This document shows positions 1 through 8,452 of a stretch of DNA of 64,000 nucleotides, piece after piece. The stretch covers positions 50,552 to 114,551 of IMG/VR virus record IMGVR_UViG_649989997_000001; one strand, written 5' to 3'. The stretch's first letter is position 1; each line of letters opens with the position of its first letter. The translations under genes were made by a program, and so were the position numbers. The notes beneath the pieces are model-generated. The model was given only the letters and a program-made list of their open reading frames with translations, was not told the origin of the DNA and did not search any database. The stretch comes from a virus (taxonomy: Duplodnaviria; Caudoviricetes).

Positions 1-436
1 ACACCTGTCCCATCTGGACGAAGGGGCTTGCAATCGCGCCGCCTGTGGTCGGATGCTTGCCGATGAGCCCGTATTGACTCATTGCCTCCTCGCACTGGAT
101 GAAGCGGGCAAATGCCTGCGCGTAGCTTTCAATCAGGCGTGGATTCACGAGGCGCTCACAGCCGCGCTCCTTCAGCCACAGCCACGTCTCGCGGAAAATT
201 TCATCTGCGCCGAGCGGCTTTCCATTCCGCTGCCTTGCAGATAGGAACTCGCTCGGCGTTGGCATCTCCTCACCATAGAGCTCGGCGGCATCCACAAGGT
301 CTGTGCCGTCCAGTTCCGTCATGGGGAACTCCATGATGTGTGCTGTGCGCCCACCCGCAATTTTATCTGCCAGTGCTTCGGGTTTGTCTCCCGCCCGGAT
401 GCGCCGCCCGCCGCGATTTGTACCGTCACGCGCCAT
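1..436 (-). CDS. terS: P27-family phage terminase small subunit (5' part; runs off window)
   Basis: Manual translation MARDGTNRGGRRIRAGDKPEALADKI...YAQAFARFIQCEEAMSQYGLIGKHPTTGGAIASPFVQMGQV; lies downstream of HNH; not in the ORF track because the stop is outside the window. Confidence 0.85.
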   Translation of the reverse strand, partial: MARDGTNRGGRRIRAGDKPEALADKIAGGRTAHIMEFPMTELDGTDLVDAAELYGEEMPTPSEFLSARQRNGKPLGADEIFRETWLWLKERGCERLVNPRLIESYAQAFARFIQCEEAMSQYGLIGKHPTTGGAIASPFVQMGQV

Positions 437-453
437 CTTCCCGCCCCCATTCT

Positions 454-547
454 TTAATACCCCGTTTGAACCGACGTTTTTGTGCGTGCGTCCCCTCCCC
501 GGTCCAGTAATGGCGCGGCTTTAGAGATTTGACCGCCCCCTAGGGGG
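454..547 (-). other. Putative cos/packaging region of prophage A
   Basis: Between HNH and terS; contains the CCCCCTAGGGGG palindrome; blocks are conserved with identical spacing at 42211-42303. Confidence 0.7.
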
Positions 548-608
548 TAAGTTCGTGTTGCATTTGCTTCACTTTCGCGTTACAATAAACAAAAGGAGGT
601 TATGCCCC

Positions 609-902
609 ATGTCCAAAACTGCAACAATCAATATGCGCATCGAACCGACAATCAAAGCGCAGGCTGAAACTGTTTTTTCCAGTTTCGGCATCTCCGTGAC
701 TGACGCAATCAACATCTTTCTGCATGCATCCATCATGGAGGGAGGCTTCCCCTTCCAACCGAAACAGCCCCGTTATAACAGGGAAACGCTTCTTGCCATG
801 CAGGAAGCACGCGACATCATGGATGGCAAAATCGAGCCGAAGCGTTATCCGTCGCTGTCCGCACTGATGGATGATCTGGATGCGGAGGACGCTCATGCTT
901 GA
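609..902 (+). CDS. dinJ: RelB/DinJ-family antitoxin
   Basis: MSKTATINMRIEPTIKAQAETVFSSFGISVTDAINIFL...GGFPF ribbon-helix-helix signature; RBS AGGAGG; overlaps the toxin start. Confidence 0.9.
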   Translation: MSKTATINMRIEPTIKAQAETVFSSFGISVTDAINIFLHASIMEGGFPFQPKQPRYNRETLLAMQEARDIMDGKIEPKRYPSLSALMDDLDAEDAHA

Positions 903-1167
903 TCTCGTCACCACCACGCAGTTCCGCAAGGATTTAAAGAAGCTGCGTAAACGTGGAGCAGATATGCAAAAGCTGGATGATGTCCTACAAATGCTCTGCG
1001 CGGAAAAACAACTCCCCGAAAGGTATCGGGATCATGCTCTGGTTGGCGATTACATTGGTTTTCGTGAATGCCACATCATGCCGGACTGGTTACTTGTGTA
1101 CGCCATCGACAAAGGGAAACTGATTCTGACCGCTTCTCGCACGGGCTCGCATAGCGATCTCTTCTAG
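895..1167 (+). CDS. yafQ: YafQ-family mRNA interferase toxin
   Basis: TTQFRKDLKK...RDHALVG...RECHIMPDWLLVY...RTGSHSDLF. Confidence 0.92.
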   Translation: MLDLVTTTQFRKDLKKLRKRGADMQKLDDVLQMLCAEKQLPERYRDHALVGDYIGFRECHIMPDWLLVYAIDKGKLILTASRTGSHSDLF

Positions 1168-1196
1168 CCGATTCATTGGAGTCGGCTTTTTATTTT
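1166..1196. terminator. Hairpin terminator between convergent yafQ and HNH
   Basis: AGCCGAtt...agTCGGCT followed by a T tract. Confidence 0.6.
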
Positions 1197-1543
1197 GGTA
1201 CTTTCCGTTGATGAATCCGCTCATGACACGATACGCAGAGCGACATCAAATTACTCTCCTCATGTGTGCCGCCGTCAGCAAGAGGTCTGATATGATGGAC
1301 GAGCGTCGCAAGGACATATCTGCCTTGCTCTTTGCACATCTCACAGAGCGGATGCCCCGCCAAATGACGATCTCGAATCCTGCGCCATACGCTGCCATAC
1401 CTCTCGTGCTGATCGTACCCACGCGTGAAGTGGTCATAGTGTCGCTGCATCATTTTCTCGTGCTCCTCGCAGTAGCAGCTCTTTCGGTCTGTAAGATTCG
1501 GACAGCCTGTCATGCGGCAGGGTCGCTTCGGCTTTCTTGGCAT
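1190..1543 (-). CDS. HNH endonuclease (terminase-associated)
   Basis: MPRKPKRPC..GCP, CEMC, VHHIRPLADGGTHEESNLMSLCVSCHERIH. Confidence 0.92.
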   Translation of the reverse strand: MPRKPKRPCRMTGCPNLTDRKSCYCEEHEKMMQRHYDHFTRGYDQHERYGSVWRRIRDRHLAGHPLCEMCKEQGRYVLATLVHHIRPLADGGTHEESNLMSLCVSCHERIHQRKVPK

Positions 1544-1624
1544 CACGTTTCTCCATCAAAAAAACCCTCACGGAGAATTACTTCTCCGAGAAGGCTGATT
1601 CCATATCCTATTCTTGCTGAGTCT

Positions 1625-1681
1625 ATCATATCACTGTCAACCCTATGAACGCAACGTGAACCTTTGTGAACTTATGTGAAC
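1625..1681 (-). promoter_or_regulatory. Putative late promoter with four GTTCA repeats at 10-11 bp period (activator binding sites)
   Basis: TGAAC (+ strand) at 1646, 1657, 1667 and 1677, then TGATATGAT on the minus strand; sits at the 3' end of the RinA-like gene, upstream of HNH/terS. Confidence 0.55.
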
Positions 1682-2112
1682 TCAGACGCACTTTGCTGTC
1701 TTTTTTCCAAAATTTTTTCAACATCATCCAGAGCCTTGGCATGAATCTTATGCACCCACCGAATGCTGACGCGCATATCTGCCGCAATATCTTCCCACGA
1801 TTTGAAACGGTGGTAGCGACGCTCTAGCACCATCTGAGCGTTTTCGTCCGTGACCTGCCAGATCGTATTCATGATCTCGAGTTTCAGACTGATCAGACGG
1901 TCGATGTCTGCATTGATCTCATCTTCCGTGTCGGTGAGCCGCGCAATGATGGTCTCCATCCGCTGATTGTTTGGACTCGGACTCTTTGGCATGTCGCTGA
2001 TGACGGCGCTCACATTTGTTGCCATGTCACGCAGCCGCGACACATGGGCGACCTTATCATTGATGCGCCGATCAATGTTCCATGCCTGACTCAGATATTC
2101 TTTCGCTGTCAT
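1672..2112 (-). CDS. RinA/DUF1492-like late transcriptional activator
   Basis: MTAKEYLSQA...VLERRY...SWEDIAADMRVSIRWVHKIHAKAL C-terminal HTH. Confidence 0.8.
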   Translation of the reverse strand: MTAKEYLSQAWNIDRRINDKVAHVSRLRDMATNVSAVISDMPKSPSPNNQRMETIIARLTDTEDEINADIDRLISLKLEIMNTIWQVTDENAQMVLERRYHRFKSWEDIAADMRVSIRWVHKIHAKALDDVEKILEKRQQSASEFT

Positions 2113-2321
2113 GCAAATTCCCCCTCCAACTTCTCAAGCAGCCACTCTCCGTCTATGCTCGTCAACTGACCAAACCATGCGGAACGGAAGAACCGCTCCG
2201 TCTCGGAGCGCATCGCTGCCGCTGCAACATTTTCCTCGTCTTTTCCGAGAGCCGATCTCGCCCACCGATAATCCTTTGCCGCCTGTTCGACGATGGCGTT
2301 TGCCAGAATCTCATAGTTCAT
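2109..2321 (-). CDS. Conserved small phage protein
   Basis: YEILANAIVEQAAKDYR...ERFFRSAWFGQLT; overlaps both neighbours. Confidence 0.7.
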   Translation of the reverse strand: MNYEILANAIVEQAAKDYRWARSALGKDEENVAAAAMRSETERFFRSAWFGQLTSIDGEWLLEKLEGEFA

Positions 2322-3661
2322 GATGTTACCTCCGCTTTGACGGCTTCAATCAGTGCCGCCTGTGTCTTGTCCTTCCGTTTCAAGGCACGGAGGATTCTCT
2401 CGTCAATCGTGCCCTCGGCAATGATGTGTTGCACCACCACTGTTTTCGCTGTCTGCCCCTGCCGATAGAGCCGCGCCACGGTCTGTTGGTAGAGTTCCAA
2501 ACTCCAAGTGATACCAAACCACACCAAGGTCGAGCCGCCGCTCTGAAGGTTCAGTCCGTGACCTGCGCTCGCCGGATGGATCAGGGCGACGGAGATTTCT
2601 CCACGATTCCAACGGGCGATTGCGTCATCTGTATCCAGTCGCACACACGTCACACGCTTTTCGATGCGCTCCGCATCATGCCTGAACCAATACGCCACGA
2701 GAAGCGGCTTGCCGTTCATGCTCTCGACGAAGTCCTCCAAGGCATCGAGTTTGCGGTCGTGGATATGCAGTGTAGTCCCATCGTCAGTGTAAACCGCACC
2801 ATTCGCCATCTGGGCGAGTTTCCCGGACAGGACTCCGGCATTTGCCGCCGTCACCTCATCGCCCTTCATCTGCAAAACCAACTGATCGCACATCTCGGTG
2901 TATATCTTCTTCTCAGCCTCATTCATGCGGACGCTGTATTCGCTCTCTATCAGCTCTGGCATCCCCAGATGGTCTGCGGCTTTCATGGAGATGGTGATGT
3001 CGGAGATTTTCTCGTAAATCCGCTCCTCGGCTCCGGGCAACGGTGCATAGGAGAACACCACCTGCCCGTTGCGCTTGTCTGGCATGAAGTAATCCTGCCG
3101 ATACTTCGTGATGAATCTCCCCAGACGCTGTCCCATGTCGAGTACCTTGAACTCCGCGAACAAGTCCATCAAGCCGTTGCCGGATGGCGTTCCCGTCAGT
3201 CCGATGACTCTCTTTGCCAAGGGGCGAACCTTCATAAGTGCCTTGAATCGCTTGCTGCTCCAATTCTTGAACGAGGAGAGTTCGTCAATCACGATGGCAT
3301 CGTAGACGAAGTCTGTTTTCTCCACGAGCCACGGAACATTCTCCCGGTTGATGATGTAGAGAGAGGCTTGCTTGCGGAGTGCCTCCCGACGTTCTTTCTC
3401 CGTTCCGACTACTACGGAATAGCGGAGGTGCTTCAAATGTTCCCACTTGCTGATCTCCTGCGGCCATGTATTCCGCGCCACACGAAGCGGCGCGATAACG
3501 AGGACACGGGAAATCTCGAATCGGTCAAACAGCAGGTCGTTGAGGGCCGTGAGAGTAATCACCGTTTTTCCAAGTCCCATATCCAGGAGTACGGCGGCAG
3601 TTTTATGGCTTTCGATAAAGTCGATGGCGTACTGTTGGTAATCATGCGGTATGAACTTCAC
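2318..3661 (-). CDS. SNF2-family (DEAD/DEAH) phage helicase
   Basis: DMGLGKT Walker A, IDELS, LTGTP, GHGLNLQ, RLYRQGQ. Confidence 0.92.
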   Translation of the reverse strand: MKFIPHDYQQYAIDFIESHKTAAVLLDMGLGKTVITLTALNDLLFDRFEISRVLVIAPLRVARNTWPQEISKWEHLKHLRYSVVVGTEKERREALRKQASLYIINRENVPWLVEKTDFVYDAIVIDELSSFKNWSSKRFKALMKVRPLAKRVIGLTGTPSGNGLMDLFAEFKVLDMGQRLGRFITKYRQDYFMPDKRNGQVVFSYAPLPGAEERIYEKISDITISMKAADHLGMPELIESEYSVRMNEAEKKIYTEMCDQLVLQMKGDEVTAANAGVLSGKLAQMANGAVYTDDGTTLHIHDRKLDALEDFVESMNGKPLLVAYWFRHDAERIEKRVTCVRLDTDDAIARWNRGEISVALIHPASAGHGLNLQSGGSTLVWFGITWSLELYQQTVARLYRQGQTAKTVVVQHIIAEGTIDERILRALKRKDKTQAALIEAVKAEVTS

Positions 3662-3698
3662 GGGGCATCACCTCCGATCTGTAAAATCAACTTTTCCA

Positions 3699-4376
3699 TT
3701 ACCGAAACACTTCCTGCAGCACATCCACATGATAGGTATTCACCATGCCGTATTTGGCATCGTACTCCTTGCCGATGTGGTAGCCCTGCTTTCTGGACAT
3801 TGCCGAGGCTTTGCGTCCGAGTCTTGCGGCGGCATCCCGACTCACTCCACGAACTCCCCTGAGATTGGCATAGCCGATGATGGTGTAGTGGTGCTCATCG
3901 ATGGTCATCTGCTTGGACTCGACCTCAAGAAGCCGCTCGTCCACCTTGTCAATCCGTGCATTTGCCGCCTTGATTGCCTTTGCCTGCTCCACCATTCGCT
4001 GTGCACTGTATAGCAGAAATTCCTCGGGCGTCATGTTCCTCATAGGGTTGAAGTAGCTTTCTTCCAGCTCATCAAAAACATCCCATGCCCGCTCGGTTCC
4101 CAGCATCTTGCTGTGGCGCGCCGCGCCTTGTTTCGTCCAAAGAATCAGAGACGGTGCGCGACTCCCGACAACTGACTCGATATTTTCGAGTGAGTCCTTG
4201 AAAGCCTTGAGATCAGCACCTTCAAGTTTGAAGTAATGCTTCCCCTCAACGAATCGCGCCCTGTTGTTCTTAAAATTCTGCTGGATATGAATTGCCTTAC
4301 AGCCATACGCCTCGGCAAGCTGATCCGTGGTCATGACACGAATGCTGTTGTGTTCCAATACCGTAAGTTCATTCAT
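3699..4376 (-). CDS. ORF6N-domain antirepressor-like protein
   Basis: RVMTTDQLAEAY...NFKNNRARFVEGKHYFKLEG...LILWTKQGAARHSKMLGTERAWDVFDELEESYF. Confidence 0.82.
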   Translation of the reverse strand: MNELTVLEHNSIRVMTTDQLAEAYGCKAIHIQQNFKNNRARFVEGKHYFKLEGADLKAFKDSLENIESVVGSRAPSLILWTKQGAARHSKMLGTERAWDVFDELEESYFNPMRNMTPEEFLLYSAQRMVEQAKAIKAANARIDKVDERLLEVESKQMTIDEHHYTIIGYANLRGVRGVSRDAAARLGRKASAMSRKQGYHIGKEYDAKYGMVNTYHVDVLQEVFR

Positions 4377-4668
4377 GGTCGATTTCCTCCAATACGCTGT
4401 CAATCTGCTCGATTCCGTCAATCACATACACCTTGAATCCAAGCCGTCGGAGTAGCCTATGACGGGCGAGCTGCAAGGCTCTCGGCTTCTTCCCCGGTGT
4501 TTTCAGTTCCACAAAGCCCATTCTGCCGCCGGGCAAAAGCACCAGTCGGTCGGGCATTCCATCGAATCCCGGCGAGGTGAACTTCGGAGCGATACCGCCC
4601 ATTGCTTTGACTCTTGCTGCAAGTTTCTGCTCAATCGTCCGTTCGTACAACTTTTCCTCCTGTAACAT
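4369..4668 (-). CDS. VRR-NUC domain nuclease
   Basis: KFTSPGFDGMPDRLVLLPGGRMGFVELKTPG. Confidence 0.9.
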   Translation of the reverse strand: MLQEEKLYERTIEQKLAARVKAMGGIAPKFTSPGFDGMPDRLVLLPGGRMGFVELKTPGKKPRALQLARHRLLRRLGFKVYVIDGIEQIDSVLEEIDHE

Positions 4669-4714
4669 GAGGTTGTATCACCTCTAAAGCCAGTCATATC
4701 AACGGATTCACGTT

Positions 4715-4890
4715 GTTTCTTGTTACAAGGCTACAGAAAATCCCTATATACGCATATATGCGCGTATTCGCGTTTTTCATGTACGGAATTATTATGTTTC
4801 TATTTACATATATAAATCTTGTAACTTGTAACAAAGCCTTATGGTACGGGCTTTGCTGCAAGTTACAACTTCCGTACAAGTTACAAGCGG
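4715..4890. other. Putative replication origin of prophage A (GTTACAA iterons around an AT-rich core)
   Basis: GTTACAA at 4722, 4862 and 4880; TTGTAAC at 4819 and 4826; directly downstream of the primase-helicase. Confidence 0.5.
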
Positions 4891-7178
4891 CGATAGATCC
4901 TCTGCAGTCCGTAAATTGCGATACGTTGGGGTGTGGGCTGTTTTTCCCATTCAGGAAGTCTGGACATGATGGCTGCTATCGCATAGCTGTCCATGGAACG
5001 CAAATCCTCTTTTTTCCTGCTGAAGCACTCACACCAAATCTCCATGTTGCTGACAATCACGCGCACGTCTGTCCCCACGGGAGTCGTATCATCGCCCCGC
5101 AAAAACTCCCGCCGCTGATAGAGATCCATCTCGTCCCAGTTGGCGGGAAGCAGCGTATCGAGATAGAGACGCACCAGACCTTCACGCTCATCGTGCTCCA
5201 TCGCTTCCCGCTGCTCCTCTTTGGCATATTCCTCCAAGTCCGGGGGCAGATACAGCTTTTCTCCGGCATCGGCGAGAATCATCACCTCCGCCCAGATTTG
5301 CTGCACAAGCTCCGAGGTCATCTGCCAGGGTCTATATTTGCTGCTGCCGCTCAGTTTAATGTTCCAATAGCGGCGGTTTCCTGTGATGTCCCGTAGATAC
5401 CCGTTCTCGCTGTTGGTCGTGCCGAAAAACACGCACTGGCGCGGATGGGAGGTTACCCGCCTGCCGAAACTCGCCCGATACTTGTCATCCACCCGCGACA
5501 CAAAGGCTTTCACCTTATCGAGGTCGGCTTTCTTCATTCCGGCAAGCTCGCCAATCTCGAGAATCCAGTACCCCTGCAGCTTTTCGGCGGCGGTCTTGTC
5601 ATTCATATCCGATAAGGTCAGACTGTCGGAGAACCAATCCATGCCAAGGTTGGCGATGAAGGTGGATTTTCCGATGCCCTGTGCGCCGTTGAGAACGGGC
5701 ATATAGTCAAACTTGATGCCCGGCTCTTTGATGCGTCGATAGGCCGCACACAGCACTTTCCGACTGACGGCACGGGTATATGCGTTGTCGGCTGCGCCCA
5801 AGTAGTCGATAAGAAGCGTGTCCACTCTCGCCACACCGTCCCAAGGAGGCAGCGCCGCAAAATACTCCCGTATCGGATGGTAGGAGCGGTCGTCCACGGC
5901 TTTGGCAACGGCGATGTCATAGTTTCGCGCCGAGAACGTGCCGTAGTTGTCATCTACATAACAGATGAGCTGGGCATCGTCCGCATCCCGCCAGAACTTA
6001 CCGGGATGTGACCACGGCACTTCCCCCTTGATCTCCATGCCGTCTGCCAGCTGATTAAAGACGATGTTTTTCATGTAGGGATCATTCTGCATGATGAGCT
6101 TGATGTTGTAGAGGGAATTCTCAAGCTGTGTGGACTTTTTCTGCCGCACCAGTTTTGCTTTCCAGTCTTCCTCCTCGGCAAAGTCCTCGACAGCCCGTTC
6201 CTGCCGCTCCTTGAGTGCAAGGGTGCGCACTTTTTCGTTCTTGGCGGCAAATTCAGCCATCCGGGTAAAGTCACCATCAAAGAGATGCGTCCCTACGAGA
6301 TCGTATGCGTTGCACAGCTTTCCGTAGGCAGGATCAGAGGCATGGTGACTGTAGGCGAATTTGCCGTCATAAATCATCACGCCGGGAATGCTCGCCGATT
6401 TCGTATAGCCCCACCGATTCTCGTCGGCAGTCGGCTCATACACATCGGAGAGGAAGGTCTGTATTGCTTCCTGGATGGAGTACGCACGACAGAACGCTCC
6501 TACAATTCCTTCCTTGGTCAGAGGATCGGCTTGTCTTTTGCGCTCCCTTTCCACCGCTTCCTTTTCGCCCGGCGCAGTTGGCAGGGAGCTGCAGTCCTGC
6601 CAGTTCGGATGCGCTGCCAAAAACACATCGGGATCGAGCCAGCCGCCCTCATATTTGCGGCAGATGTACTCTCCGTCGGAAGAGGCGGTCGGCCAGTACA
6701 TCAGCTGATTGATTTTGAAGGAACAGAGATCCACCGTATCCATGCCGATCTCGTCTGCAAGATAACGGGCGATGGCATTGTACTCATCGGGTGTGACATC
6801 CCGCGTCAGTGGTACGAGGATTCTCGCTCGCGGGGCTTCCGGGATATGGCTGTGGGTGGTGTAGACGATGGTGCAATGTTTGAAGGCAAAATCATCGAAA
6901 CAGCCCTGCTCCAGTCGATCATGATCTAAGGTAATCATGGAGCGGCTGATAACCTCGGTCGCCCGCCGTCGCGTCCCTTTCAGCGTTCCCGCAAAGAATC
7001 CGCCTTTGTCCTTCACGACATCCCGTTCGCACTTCTTCATGGAACGGTATTCTGCAGCGGTTTCGGCAGTACGGATGGGATTCTGCAATTTTTCCCAAAG
7101 AGCGTCCATCGTCATTTTTCCTGGATGCCAGACAAGAGCCGCACGGCTGTTGCCAAGACAAAATGCTAATTCTCTCAT
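4881..7178 (-). CDS. VapE/VirE-family primase-helicase
   Basis: N-terminal primase-like TLDHD / YTTHSH...PRAR; Walker A GAQGIGKST; RQCVFFGTTN...DITGNRRYW. Confidence 0.9.
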   Translation of the reverse strand: MRELAFCLGNSRAALVWHPGKMTMDALWEKLQNPIRTAETAAEYRSMKKCERDVVKDKGGFFAGTLKGTRRRATEVISRSMITLDHDRLEQGCFDDFAFKHCTIVYTTHSHIPEAPRARILVPLTRDVTPDEYNAIARYLADEIGMDTVDLCSFKINQLMYWPTASSDGEYICRKYEGGWLDPDVFLAAHPNWQDCSSLPTAPGEKEAVERERKRQADPLTKEGIVGAFCRAYSIQEAIQTFLSDVYEPTADENRWGYTKSASIPGVMIYDGKFAYSHHASDPAYGKLCNAYDLVGTHLFDGDFTRMAEFAAKNEKVRTLALKERQERAVEDFAEEEDWKAKLVRQKKSTQLENSLYNIKLIMQNDPYMKNIVFNQLADGMEIKGEVPWSHPGKFWRDADDAQLICYVDDNYGTFSARNYDIAVAKAVDDRSYHPIREYFAALPPWDGVARVDTLLIDYLGAADNAYTRAVSRKVLCAAYRRIKEPGIKFDYMPVLNGAQGIGKSTFIANLGMDWFSDSLTLSDMNDKTAAEKLQGYWILEIGELAGMKKADLDKVKAFVSRVDDKYRASFGRRVTSHPRQCVFFGTTNSENGYLRDITGNRRYWNIKLSGSSKYRPWQMTSELVQQIWAEVMILADAGEKLYLPPDLEEYAKEEQREAMEHDEREGLVRLYLDTLLPANWDEMDLYQRREFLRGDDTTPVGTDVRVIVSNMEIWCECFSRKKEDLRSMDSYAIAAIMSRLPEWEKQPTPQRIAIYGLQRIYRRL

Positions 7179-7753
7179 ACGCGCACCTTCCTCACCCTCG
7201 GTGTCTGTCCATATTCAAATCTTGCCTGCCGTGCCAGCTTGAACGCCTGTACGGTGGAGGCATCGTCCCTGTCCATCGTATAGCTGCTGTCATCACCGAA
7301 AAGCTCAAATTTGCCCTGTTTGTTGATGCTGGGATGAGCAACGTAGTAATCTCCGTCGATGGTCTGAAAGTTGAAGGGATAGGGTCCGCCGCCAAAGCTG
7401 GGGAAACCGTAACGCCCCCACTCGCGGCAGTAGGATTCAATATCTCCAATACCGTCTCCGTCAGGAATCCCGGGAACAACGAGGAGCGGGTGCTTACCTT
7501 GGCTGAACTGGTTGATTTTGGCGGCATCATCCTTGGTCATCTTCCCTTTGACCTCCACATGGAGATCCCCGCCTGCTCTTCCGTCAACATCGTGGAGCAG
7601 GAAGTCCGGCAAATAGCATTGACCGTTATTGAGCACATACCCCTCCGGCTCGTACTCCCAACGAACACCGCAGGCATCAAAGAACACTGCCCACCGCGCC
7701 TCCAAGCGTGAGCGGAAAAGATAGCCCTTGTATTCTGTCTCTATTACCTTCAT
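7175..7753 (-). CDS. PD-(D/E)XK nuclease-fold phage protein
   Basis: YKGYLFRSRLEARWAVFFD...YLPDFLL...VEVKG. Confidence 0.7.
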   Translation of the reverse strand: MKVIETEYKGYLFRSRLEARWAVFFDACGVRWEYEPEGYVLNNGQCYLPDFLLHDVDGRAGGDLHVEVKGKMTKDDAAKINQFSQGKHPLLVVPGIPDGDGIGDIESYCREWGRYGFPSFGGGPYPFNFQTIDGDYYVAHPSINKQGKFELFGDDSSYTMDRDDASTVQAFKLARQARFEYGQTPRVRKVRV

Positions 7754-8145
7754 GGCGAAACCTCCTCGCACTTCGTTGTGAAATAGCGGATGTTCTTCTG
7801 CAGCCGCTCGGCATGAGCAATCTCCGCTGCCATGCCCTCGGTGATTCGCTCGCCGAACGCCCAAACCTCGCCGCACAGCCTCAGAAGCTCGAAATTCATA
7901 TCCATCGCTTTCTCCCGCTCATCTACCTCCGACAGAAACTGAGGAAAGTACAGATGCGGCGCGAGTGGTATCCGCCCCCTGCCCACAGCAAATTTGCAGT
8001 ACTGCCGCGCCCGCATGACGTTGACGCGCGGATTGTCCCGATAGGGCGAACAGATGTAAGTGAACAGATTCTGTCGGAGCACCTTCGTGAGAGCTGCGTG
8101 CGCCGTAGGGTCGGCATATCCCTCGTGATTTCTGAACTCGATCAT
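7750..8145 (-). CDS. DUF4406-like (nucleoside deoxyribosyltransferase-fold) protein
   Basis: YICSPY...PLAPHLYFPQFL...CGEVWAFGERITEGMAAEI. Confidence 0.75.
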   Translation of the reverse strand: MIEFRNHEGYADPTAHAALTKVLRQNLFTYICSPYRDNPRVNVMRARQYCKFAVGRGRIPLAPHLYFPQFLSEVDEREKAMDMNFELLRLCGEVWAFGERITEGMAAEIAHAERLQKNIRYFTTKCEEVSP

Positions 8146-8345
8146 TTCTCGCACCTCATCTTCCTGCTGCATTCCGTGCAGCAGATCGCCGTGCCGAAGA
8201 GGTCGAACTCCGAATCGCCGAAGAATTCATTGAGATCAACAGGCACTTCCGCTCCGCAGCGCGGACAGTGACAGAAGACATTCTCATCGTTGATTTCCAC
8301 CGTGACCTCCAGAGTGTCATTGATGTTTTCCTTGACATAGAACAT
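8142..8345 (-). CDS. Small zinc-ribbon phage protein
   Basis: MFYVKE...CPRCG...CCTECS; RBS GGAGG. Confidence 0.7.
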   Translation of the reverse strand: MFYVKENINDTLEVTVEINDENVFCHCPRCGAEVPVDLNEFFGDSEFDLFGTAICCTECSRKMRCEK

Positions 8346-8392
8346 AAGATTTCCTCCCTTTGAAAACTGATTAGTTCCTCTCATCAGTAAGA

Positions 8393-8418
8393 GGACGAAC
8401 AGGGAGGTTTTGGTCACC
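8393..8418 (-). promoter_or_regulatory. GGTGACCAAA-N12-GTCC motif, copy 1
   Basis: Same bipartite motif and spacing at four intergenic sites, all upstream of minus-strand operons. Confidence 0.65.
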
Positions 8419-8452
8419 AAAAATCCTCCCATTTTTCACGGGAGGATTGAAG

